Origin: Prolixibacteraceae bacterium
GTDB lineage: Bacteria; Bacteroidota; Bacteroidia; Bacteroidales; Prolixibacteraceae
DNA length: 40,000 bases
Direction of reading: 5' to 3'
Assembly (NCBI GenBank): GCA_963666435.2
Contig: CAXXOG010000008.1
Location: 51,286-91,285 of the forward strand
This document shows, piece by piece, positions 10,701 to 19,899 of the stretch (the first letter of the stretch is position 1; each line of letters opens with the position of its first letter). Both the position numbers and the translations under genes were made by a program. The notes under the pieces are model-generated. The model was not told the DNA's origin. It saw only the letters and a program-made list of their open reading frames with translations, and made no database searches.

Positions 10701-11435
10701 AAAGTTGACGATTTGATGGAAAGCGCCGAATTACTTGCCCGCTCGGAACGCGAATCGGCCTGGCGCGAAATGGCCAAACAAATTGCGCACGAAATTAAAA
10801 ACCCGCTTACGCCAATGAAACTGAATATTCAGTACCTGCAAAAGGCGAAAGAAGAAGGAAAAGAACATTACGACGAGTTTTTCAACCGGGTAACCAAAAA
10901 CCTGATCGAACAAATTGATACACTTTCGGGTATCGCAACCGAGTTTTCGAATTTTGCCCAAATACCCAAAGCCCGAAATGAGGTTTTTAACCTGATCGAT
11001 GTTCTTCAGAATGTATGTTCGCTCTTCGAACCAAGCCACAACCTGTCGATGTCACTGTATGCCAATAACCACACCGAAGTCATGGTTTTCGTCGATAAAG
11101 AACAGATTTCAAGAGCTTTATTAAACCTGGTTAAAAACGGTATCCAGGCCATTCCTGCCGACCAGAAAGGCGAAATCAGGATTTCGGTGCTTAAAATCAA
11201 CGACCTGGCGGTTGTCCAAATCAGCGATAATGGTACCGGCATTAGCGAAGATGCCCAGGAAAACCTGTTCCAGCCCAATTTTACGACCAAAACCAGCGGA
11301 ATGGGATTAGGTTTGTCGATTGTGAAAAACATCATTGAAAGTTTCGGCGGGAAAATATGGTACACCACCGAAATAAACCAAGGTACAACCTTCTTTGTTG
11401 AAATACCCCTGTACATTCCTGCAAAAAAAGCATAG
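7755..11435 (+). CDS. large multi-TM sensor histidine kinase (HAMP + HisKA + HATPase_c)
   Basis: Carries the H-box AHEIKNPLTPM, the N-box LLNLVKNGIQA, and the G-boxes DNGTGI and GMGLGLSIVK. The ~950-aa N-terminal region contains many TM segments. Confidence 0.9.
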   Translation: MDKIKKNILLLLTFLLISIGATRENKMLNNHPELIVIHKFQEKLLYQETKLTDYLTKAEVKITESLKPENYSSTFSELNKLFEDEGFGFLIYKKENKKEKMIYWSDNQFAFPNILNKVSVDSKLLNLPNGIFVAKTRIIGSYRIVGLIHIKNNFSYENQYLENTFVPPFTLPPGYKISIARNSNAVEIHDKKSQYLFTILPSTEEAYNEWELYIPAIFYLVSFIFLLIYLFQKTEKYKGKYFIAKILSLGGILVFLYLLHIHYKFPVILNHIGLFGPKYYAFSSWMPSLGDFFLVSALFFYWSLVFAREFDSSQLLRQNFVVPAYSLVAILYQSVGFMINNLIRNSNINYKLNKITDIDQYSISCYLVTAMLLFSIFLIHLKIIQRTEYLNRKSYFLNLNIILIIASFALCVVLPSGGSYMFVLFFGVNILQSMVRKMNISQFSLSYSILFISLFSIISLIVVYNTVKERDLEFQKLRATTLSTEQDPVAEVLLARMQSKFDADTIITTLLAPPYDKLENYLTRSYFSGYFRKYDIRYWFCNPKDSIVNDDENKMESCYPFFDKMIEHSGNKILNSNFNFMNNFNGRISYLGKLPFLSALNKKETSVFIEINSKTISDGIGFPELLMDRSFIKPFRYKYLSYAKYYDDELVSQTGDYPYNLYLSSYNLKAKENEFHRTSWDGYDHLIYNIDGKNQIVVSNRSLKLRDYIISFPYIFVFYFMFVLLVILIRNSGLRNSPMANDLRFRIQGSIISVLLISHLFVATGTIYYNILEYRSRHQTDLQEKIKSISEEIKSRLYNVNSITPELQQWLYMELNKLSNIFRTDINIYDTSGELIATSRPEIFDKGITSSRINSDAYLELSERFRLKYFQPEKIGTLSYLSAYEPIVNNNSEYLGYINLPYFTREDDLKQGISTFVVAFINLYLILFLASVIIAVFLSNKITQPLSLIREKLRGIQLGKKNEHINYQAEDEIGALVREYNHKVDDLMESAELLARSERESAWREMAKQIAHEIKNPLTPMKLNIQYLQKAKEEGKEHYDEFFNRVTKNLIEQIDTLSGIATEFSNFAQIPKARNEVFNLIDVLQNVCSLFEPSHNLSMSLYANNHTEVMVFVDKEQISRALLNLVKNGIQAIPADQKGEIRISVLKINDLAVVQISDNGTGISEDAQENLFQPNFTTKTSGMGLGLSIVKNIIESFGGKIWYTTEINQGTTFFVEIPLYIPAKKA

Positions 11436-11499
11436 AGCCAACTTTTGCACCAGCACGAAATCGTAAAATTGCAAATGTTTAAATCGTAAATAAAAACAC

Positions 11500-12495
11500 A
11501 TGGAATACCGCAAATTAGGAAATTCGGATTTGGAAGTATCAGTAGTAACCTTCGGCGCATGGGCTGCCGGTGGCTGGATGTGGGGAGGAACTGAACGTTC
11601 GGAAGCAGTAAAAGCCATTCAGGCCGGATTTGACCTGGGTGTTAGTTCGATTGATACAGCTCCGGTTTATGGGCAAGGATTGAGCGAAGAAATTGTTGGA
11701 GAAGCCATAAAAGGAATGCCTCGCGACAAAGTTCAAATCCTGACCAAATATGGATTAAGCTGGTCGGATACCAAAGGATCGTTCTTTTTTCACAGCCGGA
11801 ACAACGAAGGCAAACCGCTCGATATTTACCGTTACTCGGGCAAAGCCGCCGTAAAAAAAGAGTGCGAAGACAGCCTGAAACGTTTGGGCACCGACTACAT
11901 TGATCTTTTGCAAATTCATTGGGCCGATCCAACGACCCCGGTTCAGGAAACAATGGAAGCCGTTTCAGAACTCATTCAGGAAGGAAAAGTAAGGTATGCA
12001 GGCGTTTGCAACTACGATTTGCCCCTGATGAAGGAAACCGCCAAATACATCAACCTGGTTTCGGACCAAATGCCCTACAGTATGCTAAAACGCGACATTG
12101 AAGCCGATTTAGTGCCTTACCTCATCGAAAAGAACCAATCGGTGCTGGCCTATAGTCCGTTGCAAAGAGGCTTGCTGGCTGGCAAAATAAAACCAGGTCA
12201 CTTATTTTCTGATGGAGATACACGTGCCGACCAAGCTTATTACAGCGCCAGAAACATTGAACAAACCAATGTTTTTCTCGAAAAACTGAAACCGCTGGCT
12301 GCCGATAAAAATGCCACGTTAGGGCAATTGGTTATTCGCTGGACCATTGAACAGCCCGGAATTACGATTGCCCTGGTGGGCGCCCGCAATGCCACCCAGG
12401 CCATAGAAAATGCCAAAGCTGCCCAGATTAAACTAAGCCAGGAAGAAATCGGGTTCATCAATACCGAACTTGCAAAACTTAAACTGGAACTTTAG
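11500..12495 (+). CDS. aldo/keto reductase
   Basis: MEYRKLGNSDLEVSVVTFGAWAAGG...IDTAPVYGQGLSEEIVGEAI is the typical AKR N-terminus. Length is 331 aa. Confidence 0.85.
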   Translation: MEYRKLGNSDLEVSVVTFGAWAAGGWMWGGTERSEAVKAIQAGFDLGVSSIDTAPVYGQGLSEEIVGEAIKGMPRDKVQILTKYGLSWSDTKGSFFFHSRNNEGKPLDIYRYSGKAAVKKECEDSLKRLGTDYIDLLQIHWADPTTPVQETMEAVSELIQEGKVRYAGVCNYDLPLMKETAKYINLVSDQMPYSMLKRDIEADLVPYLIEKNQSVLAYSPLQRGLLAGKIKPGHLFSDGDTRADQAYYSARNIEQTNVFLEKLKPLAADKNATLGQLVIRWTIEQPGITIALVGARNATQAIENAKAAQIKLSQEEIGFINTELAKLKLEL

Positions 12496-12501
12496 TCAGC
12501 G

Positions 12502-13290
12502 ATGCAAAAACTCAAGATTACAGTTTTAAGCGACAACGTTGCCGGGAAATGGTGTCGTGCCGAACATGGTCTTTCGTTTTTGGTTGAAGCCGACCGAAAG
12601 ATTTTGTTCGACACCGGATCATCGGATCTGATAAGCCACAATGCCCAAATTTTAGGTATCAACCTTGCAGAAATCGACACGATTGTACTTAGTCACGGGC
12701 ACGACGACCATTCGGGAGGATTGATGCAGCTTCGCGGACAGCAGCTCGTTTGCCATCCCGACGTATGTATCAGTCGTTTTCGGAAATCGAACTCTTCGCC
12801 GCTTGGTATGAAGTGGAACGAAGCTGAAATTCGGCAAAGATTCGAGGTACAAACCTCCGTTGACCCGATCAAACTTTCGGAACAAATCTATTTCCTGGGG
12901 GAAATTCCGCGAATTACTGAATTCGAAAGCCAAACAACGGCTTTTAAAAAAGCCGATGGAACCGACGATTTTGTGCTCGACGATTCGGGATTGGCAGTGG
13001 TAACCAACAACGGACTGGTGGTGATTTCGGGTTGCGCACATTCGGGTATTTGCAACATGGTTTTGCACGCCCAAAAAGTAACCGGCATTGAAAAAGTACT
13101 CGCTGTAATCGGTGGTTTCCACCTGCAAAACAACGATGAGACAACCCGGATAACAATCGATTGGCTGAGATCGGCAAAAGTTGAGCAGGTTATTCCATCG
13201 CACTGCACCGGTTTTGTTGCACAAACAGCCATATTCAAAACATACAAATTTATCCAGACAAAAACCGGCAATGTGATCGAGCTGGGATGA
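12502..13290 (+). CDS. MBL-fold metallo-hydrolase
   Basis: Contains the HxHxDH motif as SHGHDDHSGG. Length is 262 aa. Confidence 0.8.
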   Translation: MQKLKITVLSDNVAGKWCRAEHGLSFLVEADRKILFDTGSSDLISHNAQILGINLAEIDTIVLSHGHDDHSGGLMQLRGQQLVCHPDVCISRFRKSNSSPLGMKWNEAEIRQRFEVQTSVDPIKLSEQIYFLGEIPRITEFESQTTAFKKADGTDDFVLDDSGLAVVTNNGLVVISGCAHSGICNMVLHAQKVTGIEKVLAVIGGFHLQNNDETTRITIDWLRSAKVEQVIPSHCTGFVAQTAIFKTYKFIQTKTGNVIELG

Positions 13291-13382
13291 GTACCAAATT
13301 GCCCGGAACATTATTCTTGCACTTGTTGTTATATCAGGTATATTTGTCAAAAACAACTTAAATCAATTTAAAATATAACCTA

Positions 13383-13904
13383 ATGAAGAACGCGTTAACA
13401 CTTCAAGCTACCTCCAAGTACCAGATTAGTCAAACAGTTTTGGTTTTGGCTGCAACCATGATTTTACCTTTGGTCATTCACTTAATTCCACCCATTAACG
13501 GAAACCTGTCCGGCGCTGTTTTACTGCCTATTTTCTGGGCTCCAATGTTTGCTGCATTGGTCTATAAAAAACATGTTGCAATTCTTGCAGGTATCTTTGC
13601 ACCACTCCTGAATTACCTGATTTTGGGTCGTCCGGCTCCTGAAATGGTAGTAACTCTTGGCTTCGAAATCGTTGTTTTTGCCCTTATTTTGGGTTGGTTA
13701 AAAAACTTAAACATCGTGAAATATGTTGCAGCACCTGTTGCCTACCTCGTTGCATCATTGGTTGTAGCCGTCGGAATGAGTTTCTTCAACGAACATCTTT
13801 CTTTCGCGGTGTGGGTAAATGCAACAACGGTGGCCCTTCCCGGCATTATTCTTTTGGGTTTGGATAACCTGGTTTTTCTTCGCTGGAGTAAATATTTTTC
13901 CTGA
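13383..13904 (+). CDS. hypothetical integral membrane protein (about 5 TM)
   Basis: 173-aa hydrophobic ORF with no recognisable motif. Confidence 0.55.
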   Translation: MKNALTLQATSKYQISQTVLVLAATMILPLVIHLIPPINGNLSGAVLLPIFWAPMFAALVYKKHVAILAGIFAPLLNYLILGRPAPEMVVTLGFEIVVFALILGWLKNLNIVKYVAAPVAYLVASLVVAVGMSFFNEHLSFAVWVNATTVALPGIILLGLDNLVFLRWSKYFS

Positions 13905-13977
13905 AAATAACCAATCAAACGCAGGCCAATCCAGTTTATTGACCTGCGTTTAAAGTATAATAACTTTTTATCCGGCT

Positions 13978-14376
13978 ATGGTTCCAATAACATTTACAGA
14001 AATTTCAGCCCGTTTGCGCTCGATGAACTTGCCCGAAACCGATTTGGTTATTGGCATCGGAACGGGAGGTGTTGTTCCGGCCAGCCTGGTTGCTTTTCAT
14101 TTGGGCTGCGAGCTTCACATCATAACGCTCAATTACCGCGACGAAAGCAATACCCCGCGCTACGAAAAACCAATCGTCATCAACATGCCCGAATTACCTT
14201 CGCTCGAAGGCAAACGAATCCTGCTGGTTGATGATGTCTCGGTTTCAGGAAAAACGCTAGGCGAAGCCCTGCTCCATTTCCCGGATTTGAACATTAAAAC
14301 CCTTACGATGAAAGGAAAAGCAGATTATGTACTTTTCCCGGAAGTTAAAGATTGCGTAAAATGGCCGTGGAAGTAA
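13978..14376 (+). CDS. phosphoribosyltransferase (small PRTase-fold protein)
   Basis: Contains the PRPP-binding motif ILLVDDVSVSGKTL. Length is 132 aa. Confidence 0.8.
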   Translation: MVPITFTEISARLRSMNLPETDLVIGIGTGGVVPASLVAFHLGCELHIITLNYRDESNTPRYEKPIVINMPELPSLEGKRILLVDDVSVSGKTLGEALLHFPDLNIKTLTMKGKADYVLFPEVKDCVKWPWK

Positions 14377-14490
14377 CAATCGACAAACATGTCGATCAAA
14401 ACATCTTGCAGGTGTGGTGAATGTGTTGCATCAAGACTGTCGGAATGTCGTGCGTCTGCACTTCTCGATTAGCAATCCTAATTCATTTCG

Positions 14491-15057
14491 TCAGCAGCAG
14501 TTAAAATACATTACTACTTTTTTTGCTTTCTTTGAATAGGCAATTGTCCTTCCATCTTCTTCTCCAATTAAATAAAAGAATCCAATGGCAGTCCGGTCTG
14601 ATTGAATATCATTCCATATTTCCTTGTCCGAATAGTTCTCATCAAAAACCTCGTCCCGTTTTATTGCTGGATACTTAAAATTCTTCTCTTCGAAGAATTC
14701 TCTGATTCGATTTTTCATATATTTTTCTCTGTCCTTGACAGATTCTAAGTCACCTTCGAATCCATAATTCATTAATAGATCGGAAGGAAATTCCTCTCTC
14801 AAAATTGTTGTCTTGTCGTAACTAACGATTGTAAAAATAACTTTCCCCTCTGCGATTGATTTACCTCGAATACAAATGTAAAATTCATCCTTCTTGTTAA
14901 CGTTCGAGAAGTTATGCACCGCTCGTTGTTCAATCAATAGTGAATCAATAATTGTAGCAGATTGCAACTCATTTTTTACACCTAAAGTTTGACCTGTCGA
15001 ACTTTTTATGCTTGCTGTCAGAAAAAAAATAATTAACATCCAGTGTTCTGTCCTCAT
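14491..15057 (-). CDS. hypothetical secreted protein (last cassette of the array)
   Basis: 188-aa ORF with an N-terminal hydrophobic signal-like segment. It is AT-rich and has the same orientation as all other island ORFs. Confidence 0.6.
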   Translation of the reverse strand: MRTEHWMLIIFFLTASIKSSTGQTLGVKNELQSATIIDSLLIEQRAVHNFSNVNKKDEFYICIRGKSIAEGKVIFTIVSYDKTTILREEFPSDLLMNYGFEGDLESVKDREKYMKNRIREFFEEKNFKYPAIKRDEVFDENYSDKEIWNDIQSDRTAIGFFYLIGEEDGRTIAYSKKAKKVVMYFNCC

Positions 15058-15263
15058 GGTTACTATATTTTATTATGATTTATTTCTGCAAAACGCTCGG
15101 TTTCATACTTCTGCCATAAGTTACCACAGTCAATACTTGATTGTCCGCCTTCATTTGTCGTCTTTTTGTCGAGTTTGAGTCCAATCAATTTGACCCCCGG
15201 AATAGTTGTCCTATCCATATTTGCTATTTATTTGTCTGCCTATTTCTGCCCATACAATGCCAC

Positions 15264-15485
15264 AACGGCTACCTCAAGCCCCCAAAACCTTACGTTCGCC
15301 TTTCTCACCCATACGGCTCCGTCACCTTTAAGGCTCACCCGGCAAAGGGTAAATAAAATTCAATAAATCGCTCTACAAATACATACATCCAATCCCGGCG
15401 GGTGCGGTGTATCGAGCTTGCCGGGGTGTAGTTCAACACACACTCATCGCTGGGTCGTGCCGACCGCTCAGAGTCCTATTTATTA
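15264..15485 (-). repeat. junction repeat B1: B-family site module (15485->15350) plus decayed group II intron 3' fragment (15349->15264)
   Basis: Alignable by eye to 16194-16416. The site module begins 14 nt after the HepT stop. The domain V/VI region is mutated here. Confidence 0.75.
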
Positions 15486-15499
15486 TAACCAGTTGTTAT

Positions 15500-15832
15500 T
15501 TAAGCAAGTAGATTATCAATCTCTAATTTCAAGGTAGGCAGATGTCTTACAATCGTTCCCCAGATAATTTCATTGTCAATTTTGTCATAACCATGGATCA
15601 CTCGATTTCGCATACTGATAATTTGTCGTTTACTCGATATCTCAATAGTTGAATCCAATTTCTCAATCCGACTCATTGCTTCTCCTATAATTTCAAACTC
15701 TCGTTCGACCGCTCTTCTCAGCATCTTATCTGCCATATAGACTTTAAAATCACGATTGTCCCCAAGATATTTTAGAATGGAATCTATAGACTCCTGGATG
15801 TCAAACAGATATTTTTTAATCTCATTATCCAT
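15500..15832 (-). CDS. hepT: HepT-like (DUF86/HEPN) toxin
   Basis: Contains the HEPN R-x4-H-x-Y motif as RNRVIHGYD. It overlaps the upstream MNT gene by 8 nt. Confidence 0.85.
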   Translation of the reverse strand: MDNEIKKYLFDIQESIDSILKYLGDNRDFKVYMADKMLRRAVEREFEIIGEAMSRIEKLDSTIEISSKRQIISMRNRVIHGYDKIDNEIIWGTIVRHLPTLKLEIDNLLA

Positions 15833-16127
15833 ATAGCAAGGTTTTTGTTTGGTTAACGGAATTAATAAAATATGGATTAGACAAAGATTTGTCCGTAACT
15901 AAGTCAACGGGTCGTTGAAACAGATCCTCAAATTTATCAGCTAAATCAAAATATGTGTCCGCATAATCTCCGTAGTCCATAGGTTTAAAGGAGATTAGTA
16001 AATCAATATCACTTTTGTCGTTAAATCTGTCGGTGCAGACCGAGCCAAAAACAAATAACGACGCTACATTATGTGTCATGCATAATGATCTGATTCTTTC
16101 AATATTATCGGTTATTAGTCTTTGCAT
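15825..16127 (-). CDS. mntA: MNT-type nucleotidyltransferase antitoxin
   Basis: Contains the minimal nucleotidyltransferase motif FVFGSVCTDRFNDKSDIDLLISF (GS...DxD). Confidence 0.85.
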   Translation of the reverse strand: MQRLITDNIERIRSLCMTHNVASLFVFGSVCTDRFNDKSDIDLLISFKPMDYGDYADTYFDLADKFEDLFQRPVDLVTDKSLSNPYFINSVNQTKTLLYG

Positions 16128-16193
16128 ATCAATGTTTTGTACAAATCTATCATTAATGTTGAAATCTTACAAGTGCCGCAATACAATTGGTGC

Positions 16194-16416
16194 ACCGGGT
16201 AGCTTACGCCCCCTAAGAACCGTACGTGCGACTTTCACCGCATACGGCTCAGGCCCTTTTAAGGCTCACCCGGCGGAGGGTAAATAAAATTCAATAAATC
16301 GCTCTACAAATACATACATCCAATCCCGGCGGGTGCGGTGTATCGAGCTTGCCGGGATGTAGTTCAACTCACACTCATCGCTGGGTCGTGCCAACCGCTC
16401 AGAGTCCTATTTATTA
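16194..16416 (-). repeat. junction repeat B2: B-family site module (16416->16281) plus 87-nt group II intron 3' fragment (16280->16194)
   Basis: The fragment carries an intact domain V (GAGCCGTATGCGGTGAAAGTCGCACGTACGGTTC) and domain VI, identical to the 3' end of the full-length introns. Confidence 0.85.
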
Positions 16417-16448
16417 GGTGTTGTAGTACTTTTATCTCGAAAACAATT

Positions 16449-17633
16449 CTATATCAATTTGTTAATAGCATCTAGAATTTCTTTATCAGTAGTCTCTTTA
16501 TCATAGCCTACTATTATCTTTTTAATCACTCGATTCTTATCTATAATATAAAATGCAGGAACTCCGTTGACCAGATAACTTTTGGAAACCTCTTGTGTTG
16601 ATAATAAAAACTTGTAATTCAATTCATTATTCTTCTGATACCTTTTCATACCTTCAATATTATCGCTCCAGGTTTCTATACTTACAAAATCAAAATCCTT
16701 ATTACTATACTTTGTTACAAGCTTCTTTAAAAATGGAATTGACATATGACAGGGACCACAACCAATTCCGCTGAATTGTACCATAAGTACCTTGCTTCTC
16801 AAATCTTTTAAATTGATTATGTTGTTATTTAAATCTTTAAGTGCCCAATCTGGTGCAATATGCCCGGTTAAATCAACCCTTTCTATTTTTTGCTTTCCCC
16901 GCACTGAAACCGGAAAGTCCTTTGGAAAATACTCTTGTACAATGAAATTCTCAATTTTCTTCTTGTTTAATTCAGCATTCTTACATGTCTCCCAGCTTGT
17001 ACTATGGGGCAGGTTTCTTCTGTACCGATAAGGCAGGTTATTTGATTTTTTTATCCATATATCATATCTGGAAAATTCATCTTTGGCGGGTAAATCCGGA
17101 TTGTCACAAACAACAGGTTTTCCTAGAAATTCGACAACCTTGTGAGGAATGAATAACCTAAATTTAACAGAGTCCCCAAAATCTTTTATTTCAGTTGAAA
17201 TACTATCTTGAGTATTTAATGCATATTTAATTATATTCTTTGTAGTAGTAAAAAATGGAGTGAATCGTCTTTGAGGAGAGCTGTCAATACTTATTCTTTT
17301 TTCGTCCCACAGAAGATATGTAAACGCTTTCCCGTCATAAAACCAACTTGTCTTATGTGTTCGGTCCTGTTGTGTCACAGTAAAACTGGAACCGGCCAAT
17401 GTGTCGACAGAATTAAAATATTCGTCATTATACCGGGAATAAGTTTTAAACTGTAGGGTATCTCCAGGTGCACTTCCGGAAACAGTAGAATAATATGTTG
17501 CAGATTTAATCTGTTCAAGGTTGTTTAAAACCTTTTGTAGATATTTAGTATTGCTATATTCTGTTCGGCATTTGTAAAATAATACTAACGCGATACCTGT
17601 TAGGAATAATAAGAGTAAATACGACCTTTTCAT
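16449..17633 (-). CDS. TlpA-like thioredoxin-fold protein with N-terminal anchor and uncharacterised N-domain
   Basis: The C-terminal domain has the CxxC motif FSGIGCGPCHMSIPFLKKL. Length is 394 aa. Confidence 0.75.
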   Translation of the reverse strand: MKRSYLLLLFLTGIALVLFYKCRTEYSNTKYLQKVLNNLEQIKSATYYSTVSGSAPGDTLQFKTYSRYNDEYFNSVDTLAGSSFTVTQQDRTHKTSWFYDGKAFTYLLWDEKRISIDSSPQRRFTPFFTTTKNIIKYALNTQDSISTEIKDFGDSVKFRLFIPHKVVEFLGKPVVCDNPDLPAKDEFSRYDIWIKKSNNLPYRYRRNLPHSTSWETCKNAELNKKKIENFIVQEYFPKDFPVSVRGKQKIERVDLTGHIAPDWALKDLNNNIINLKDLRSKVLMVQFSGIGCGPCHMSIPFLKKLVTKYSNKDFDFVSIETWSDNIEGMKRYQKNNELNYKFLLSTQEVSKSYLVNGVPAFYIIDKNRVIKKIIVGYDKETTDKEILDAINKLI

Positions 17634-17703
17634 TTTAGAGGTTTTTAGTTTGTGGAGACTATGATTAATTAGCTGTGCAAATATTTATCGGAACTATAAC
17701 ACC

Positions 17704-17970
17704 ACCGGGTAGCTTACGCCCCCTAAGAACCGTACGTGCGACTTTCACCGCACACGGCTCAGGCACTTTTAAGGCTTGCCCGGCTGTTGTTACTTCAAAA
17801 ACTCAAAATCGGTCGCTAACTGCACACTTCGACAAGCTCTGTAACTACTTCGACAAGCTCTGTAACCTTAGCCCCGAATCCGGCGGGTGCGGTGTATCGA
17901 GCTTGCCGAGGTGTAGTTCAACACACACTCATCGCTGGGTCGTGCCGACCGCTCAGAGTCCTATTTATTA
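17704..17970 (-). repeat. junction repeat B3: B-family site module (17970->17796, with 2 x 21-bp internal tandem repeat) plus 92-nt intron 3' fragment (17795->17704)
   Basis: The fragment matches the full-length intron from the last codons of the RT ORF (GTAACAACAGCCGGG) through domains V-VI. The tandem units acttcgacaagctctgtaac lie at 17826-17867. Confidence 0.85.
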
Positions 17971-17984
17971 GCGCCTGTTGTCTA

Positions 17985-18554
17985 TTATGTCTCAATGGTA
18001 AAACGTTTATATTTAGAAACTATTCTTGTCGTTGTCCAACCGCTAATTGTATATAATTTTCTGATTGAAGTTACTTTTATGATCTCATTCCCTTCCAATG
18101 AAATTGATTCAATTCCTAATAACTTGTTTGTTGAATTCTGATAAAAACCTGATAACAGATTAATTGATTTGTAATTCTCATCAAATTGACACATAGCTGC
18201 GTTGGCATAGTTGGCATAGTTAATCGTATAACTCGGATGATAGCTGGTCGAATCAAATATTTCACCTTTGGGTACACTGATATATTCAACTGGCCATTTC
18301 TCCTCAAATAAATTTTTACTGGCTTCAATAACCCGAAGTTCCAATCCCGCGCCTAATATCTCTTTATTTTCACGAAGAAGATTGGTCGAAGGAATACCAT
18401 CCATATTCAAATCTACCGGTTCGGAAGAAATTGAAGAAATCATTTCATATTTACCATGAAATTTTGCCTTTAATAGTTCAATACTCTCGCTTGAATCATT
18501 CTTATTACAACTAAATAGAATAATAGAAATAAAAATTAATAGACTTTGTTTCAT
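17985..18554 (-). CDS. hypothetical lipoprotein
   Basis: MKQSLLIFISIILFSCNKN is a lipobox-type signal. The ORF is open to 18587, but ATG 18554 fits the signal peptide. Confidence 0.65.
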   Translation of the reverse strand: MKQSLLIFISIILFSCNKNDSSESIELLKAKFHGKYEMISSISSEPVDLNMDGIPSTNLLRENKEILGAGLELRVIEASKNLFEEKWPVEYISVPKGEIFDSTSYHPSYTINYANYANAAMCQFDENYKSINLLSGFYQNSTNKLLGIESISLEGNEIIKVTSIRKLYTISGWTTTRIVSKYKRFTIET

Positions 18555-18654
18555 AAACTTCAGTTTCTGTTTTGTGATATAGGACAAAAAATAGTCTTAA
18601 ATATGTCATTTTATAGTATTTGTCTCTTTGTTATTAGCACAATAAATTACCCAC

Positions 18655-18676
18655 AACGTAGGAAGCTACACGCAGG
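18655..18676 (-). repeat. A-family site A1, arm separated from the rest by IS insertion
   Basis: aacgtaggaagctacacgcagg is identical to the equivalent arm of the intact A sites at 25644, 28568 and 31696. Confidence 0.85.
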
Positions 18677-18766
18677 CTGTATGTTTGTAAGTGCGCAATG
18701 CATAAGCCTTCAGTGTTTTTGTAAATTTAGTTTTTGAAAAAGAAACAAAACAAAAAACGAAGACTT

Positions 18767-19843
18767 ATGCTAGCTAAAGGTACGACAATTGATTTTAACG
18801 GGCAAAACGTTTATGCCGGAATTGATATTCATTTAAAGAGTTGGAAGGTAACCATCATGTTGGGAGACCGGGAACATAAAACATTTTCACAAGATCCGAA
18901 TGCAGAAACCCTGTGGAATTACCTGCGGAAGAATTTTCCCGGGGCAGTATATCATTCAGCCTACGAAGCAGGTTTTTGCGGATTCAGCGCCCATCGCGAA
19001 CTTGCGGGTTTTGGGATACACAATCTGGTGGTCAATCCTGCGGATATACCTACCACCGACAAAGAAAAGCGGCAGAAGGAAGACAAACGCGACAGTCGCA
19101 AGATCGCCAAATCGCTCCGTAACGGTGAACTGGTGGGCATCTATGTTCCGGGCAAGGGGATGGAAGAACTGCGTGGTCTGGTTCGTTACCGCAAAACGCT
19201 GGTAAAAGAAATCAGCCGCCATAAGTGCAGGATCAAGTCGTTCATTTATTTTAACGGCATACAAATTCCAATGGAACTGGGCGGCACCTCAACGCATTGG
19301 TCCGGGAGGTTCACCCGGTGGTTAAGCGCAGTTGAATTATCAACGGTACATGGCAAAATGGTACTTGACGACACAGTCGATACGGCAGAACTGCTGCGAA
19401 AAAAACTGTTAAAGGTCAACCGGCATTTGCGTCAGGTTGTCCAGAATGGGGAATATTCACAGCAACTAAGGTTATTGCAGAGCATCCCGGGAATCGGCCT
19501 GATATCGGCCATTACACTTTTGACCGAAATGGAGGATATCCTTCGGTTCAGGAACCTTGACCAACTTTGTTCATTCGTGGGACTGGTACCATCAACCAAC
19601 TCCTCGGGCGAAAAGGAGAATGTTGGTCGTATCACCAGGCGCAACAACCGTTTTCTACGCAGCATTCTTGTAGAGGCAGCCTGGATGGCATCGAGAAAAG
19701 ACCCGTCGCTGTTATATAGCTATGCCTTACTTTGCAAGCGGATGGAACCAACGGAAGCCATCATCCGGATAGCAAAAAAATTACTAAACAGGATAAGATA
19801 TGTAATGAAAAATGAAACAGAATATGTACATTCAGTGCTATAA
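18767..19843 (+). CDS. IS110-family transposase (DEDD N-domain plus Transposase_20-type C-domain)
   Basis: N-terminal VYAGIDIHLKSW and C-terminal LQSIPGIGLISAITLLTEM...FVGLVPSTNSSGEK..GRITRRNNRFLRSILVEAAW are typical of the family. The ORF is open from TTG 18734, but the ATG at 18767 is the likelier start. Confidence 0.9.
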   Translation: MLAKGTTIDFNGQNVYAGIDIHLKSWKVTIMLGDREHKTFSQDPNAETLWNYLRKNFPGAVYHSAYEAGFCGFSAHRELAGFGIHNLVVNPADIPTTDKEKRQKEDKRDSRKIAKSLRNGELVGIYVPGKGMEELRGLVRYRKTLVKEISRHKCRIKSFIYFNGIQIPMELGGTSTHWSGRFTRWLSAVELSTVHGKMVLDDTVDTAELLRKKLLKVNRHLRQVVQNGEYSQQLRLLQSIPGIGLISAITLLTEMEDILRFRNLDQLCSFVGLVPSTNSSGEKENVGRITRRNNRFLRSILVEAAWMASRKDPSLLYSYALLCKRMEPTEAIIRIAKKLLNRIRYVMKNETEYVHSVL

Positions 19844-19899
19844 CATCAAAACTGGTTGTAAAAACTACTCCATGATAAAGAGACTGTTTTCCGCCCCTT

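Noticed and set aside
17880-17970. Hammerhead-like ribozyme in the B module (CUGAGCG ... CGAUGAG around a hairpin)
   Set aside because: The conserved cores CUGANGA and GAAA are not present, and the three-helix junction cannot be drawn.
15141-17971. Track ORFs 15141-15356, 15166-15366, 16015-16287 and 17675-17971 (plus strand)
   Set aside because: They lie inside the B repeats and intron domain V-VI fragments. The recurring peptide PGSLRPLRTVRATFTAYGSG is simply the antisense translation of intron domain V-VI.
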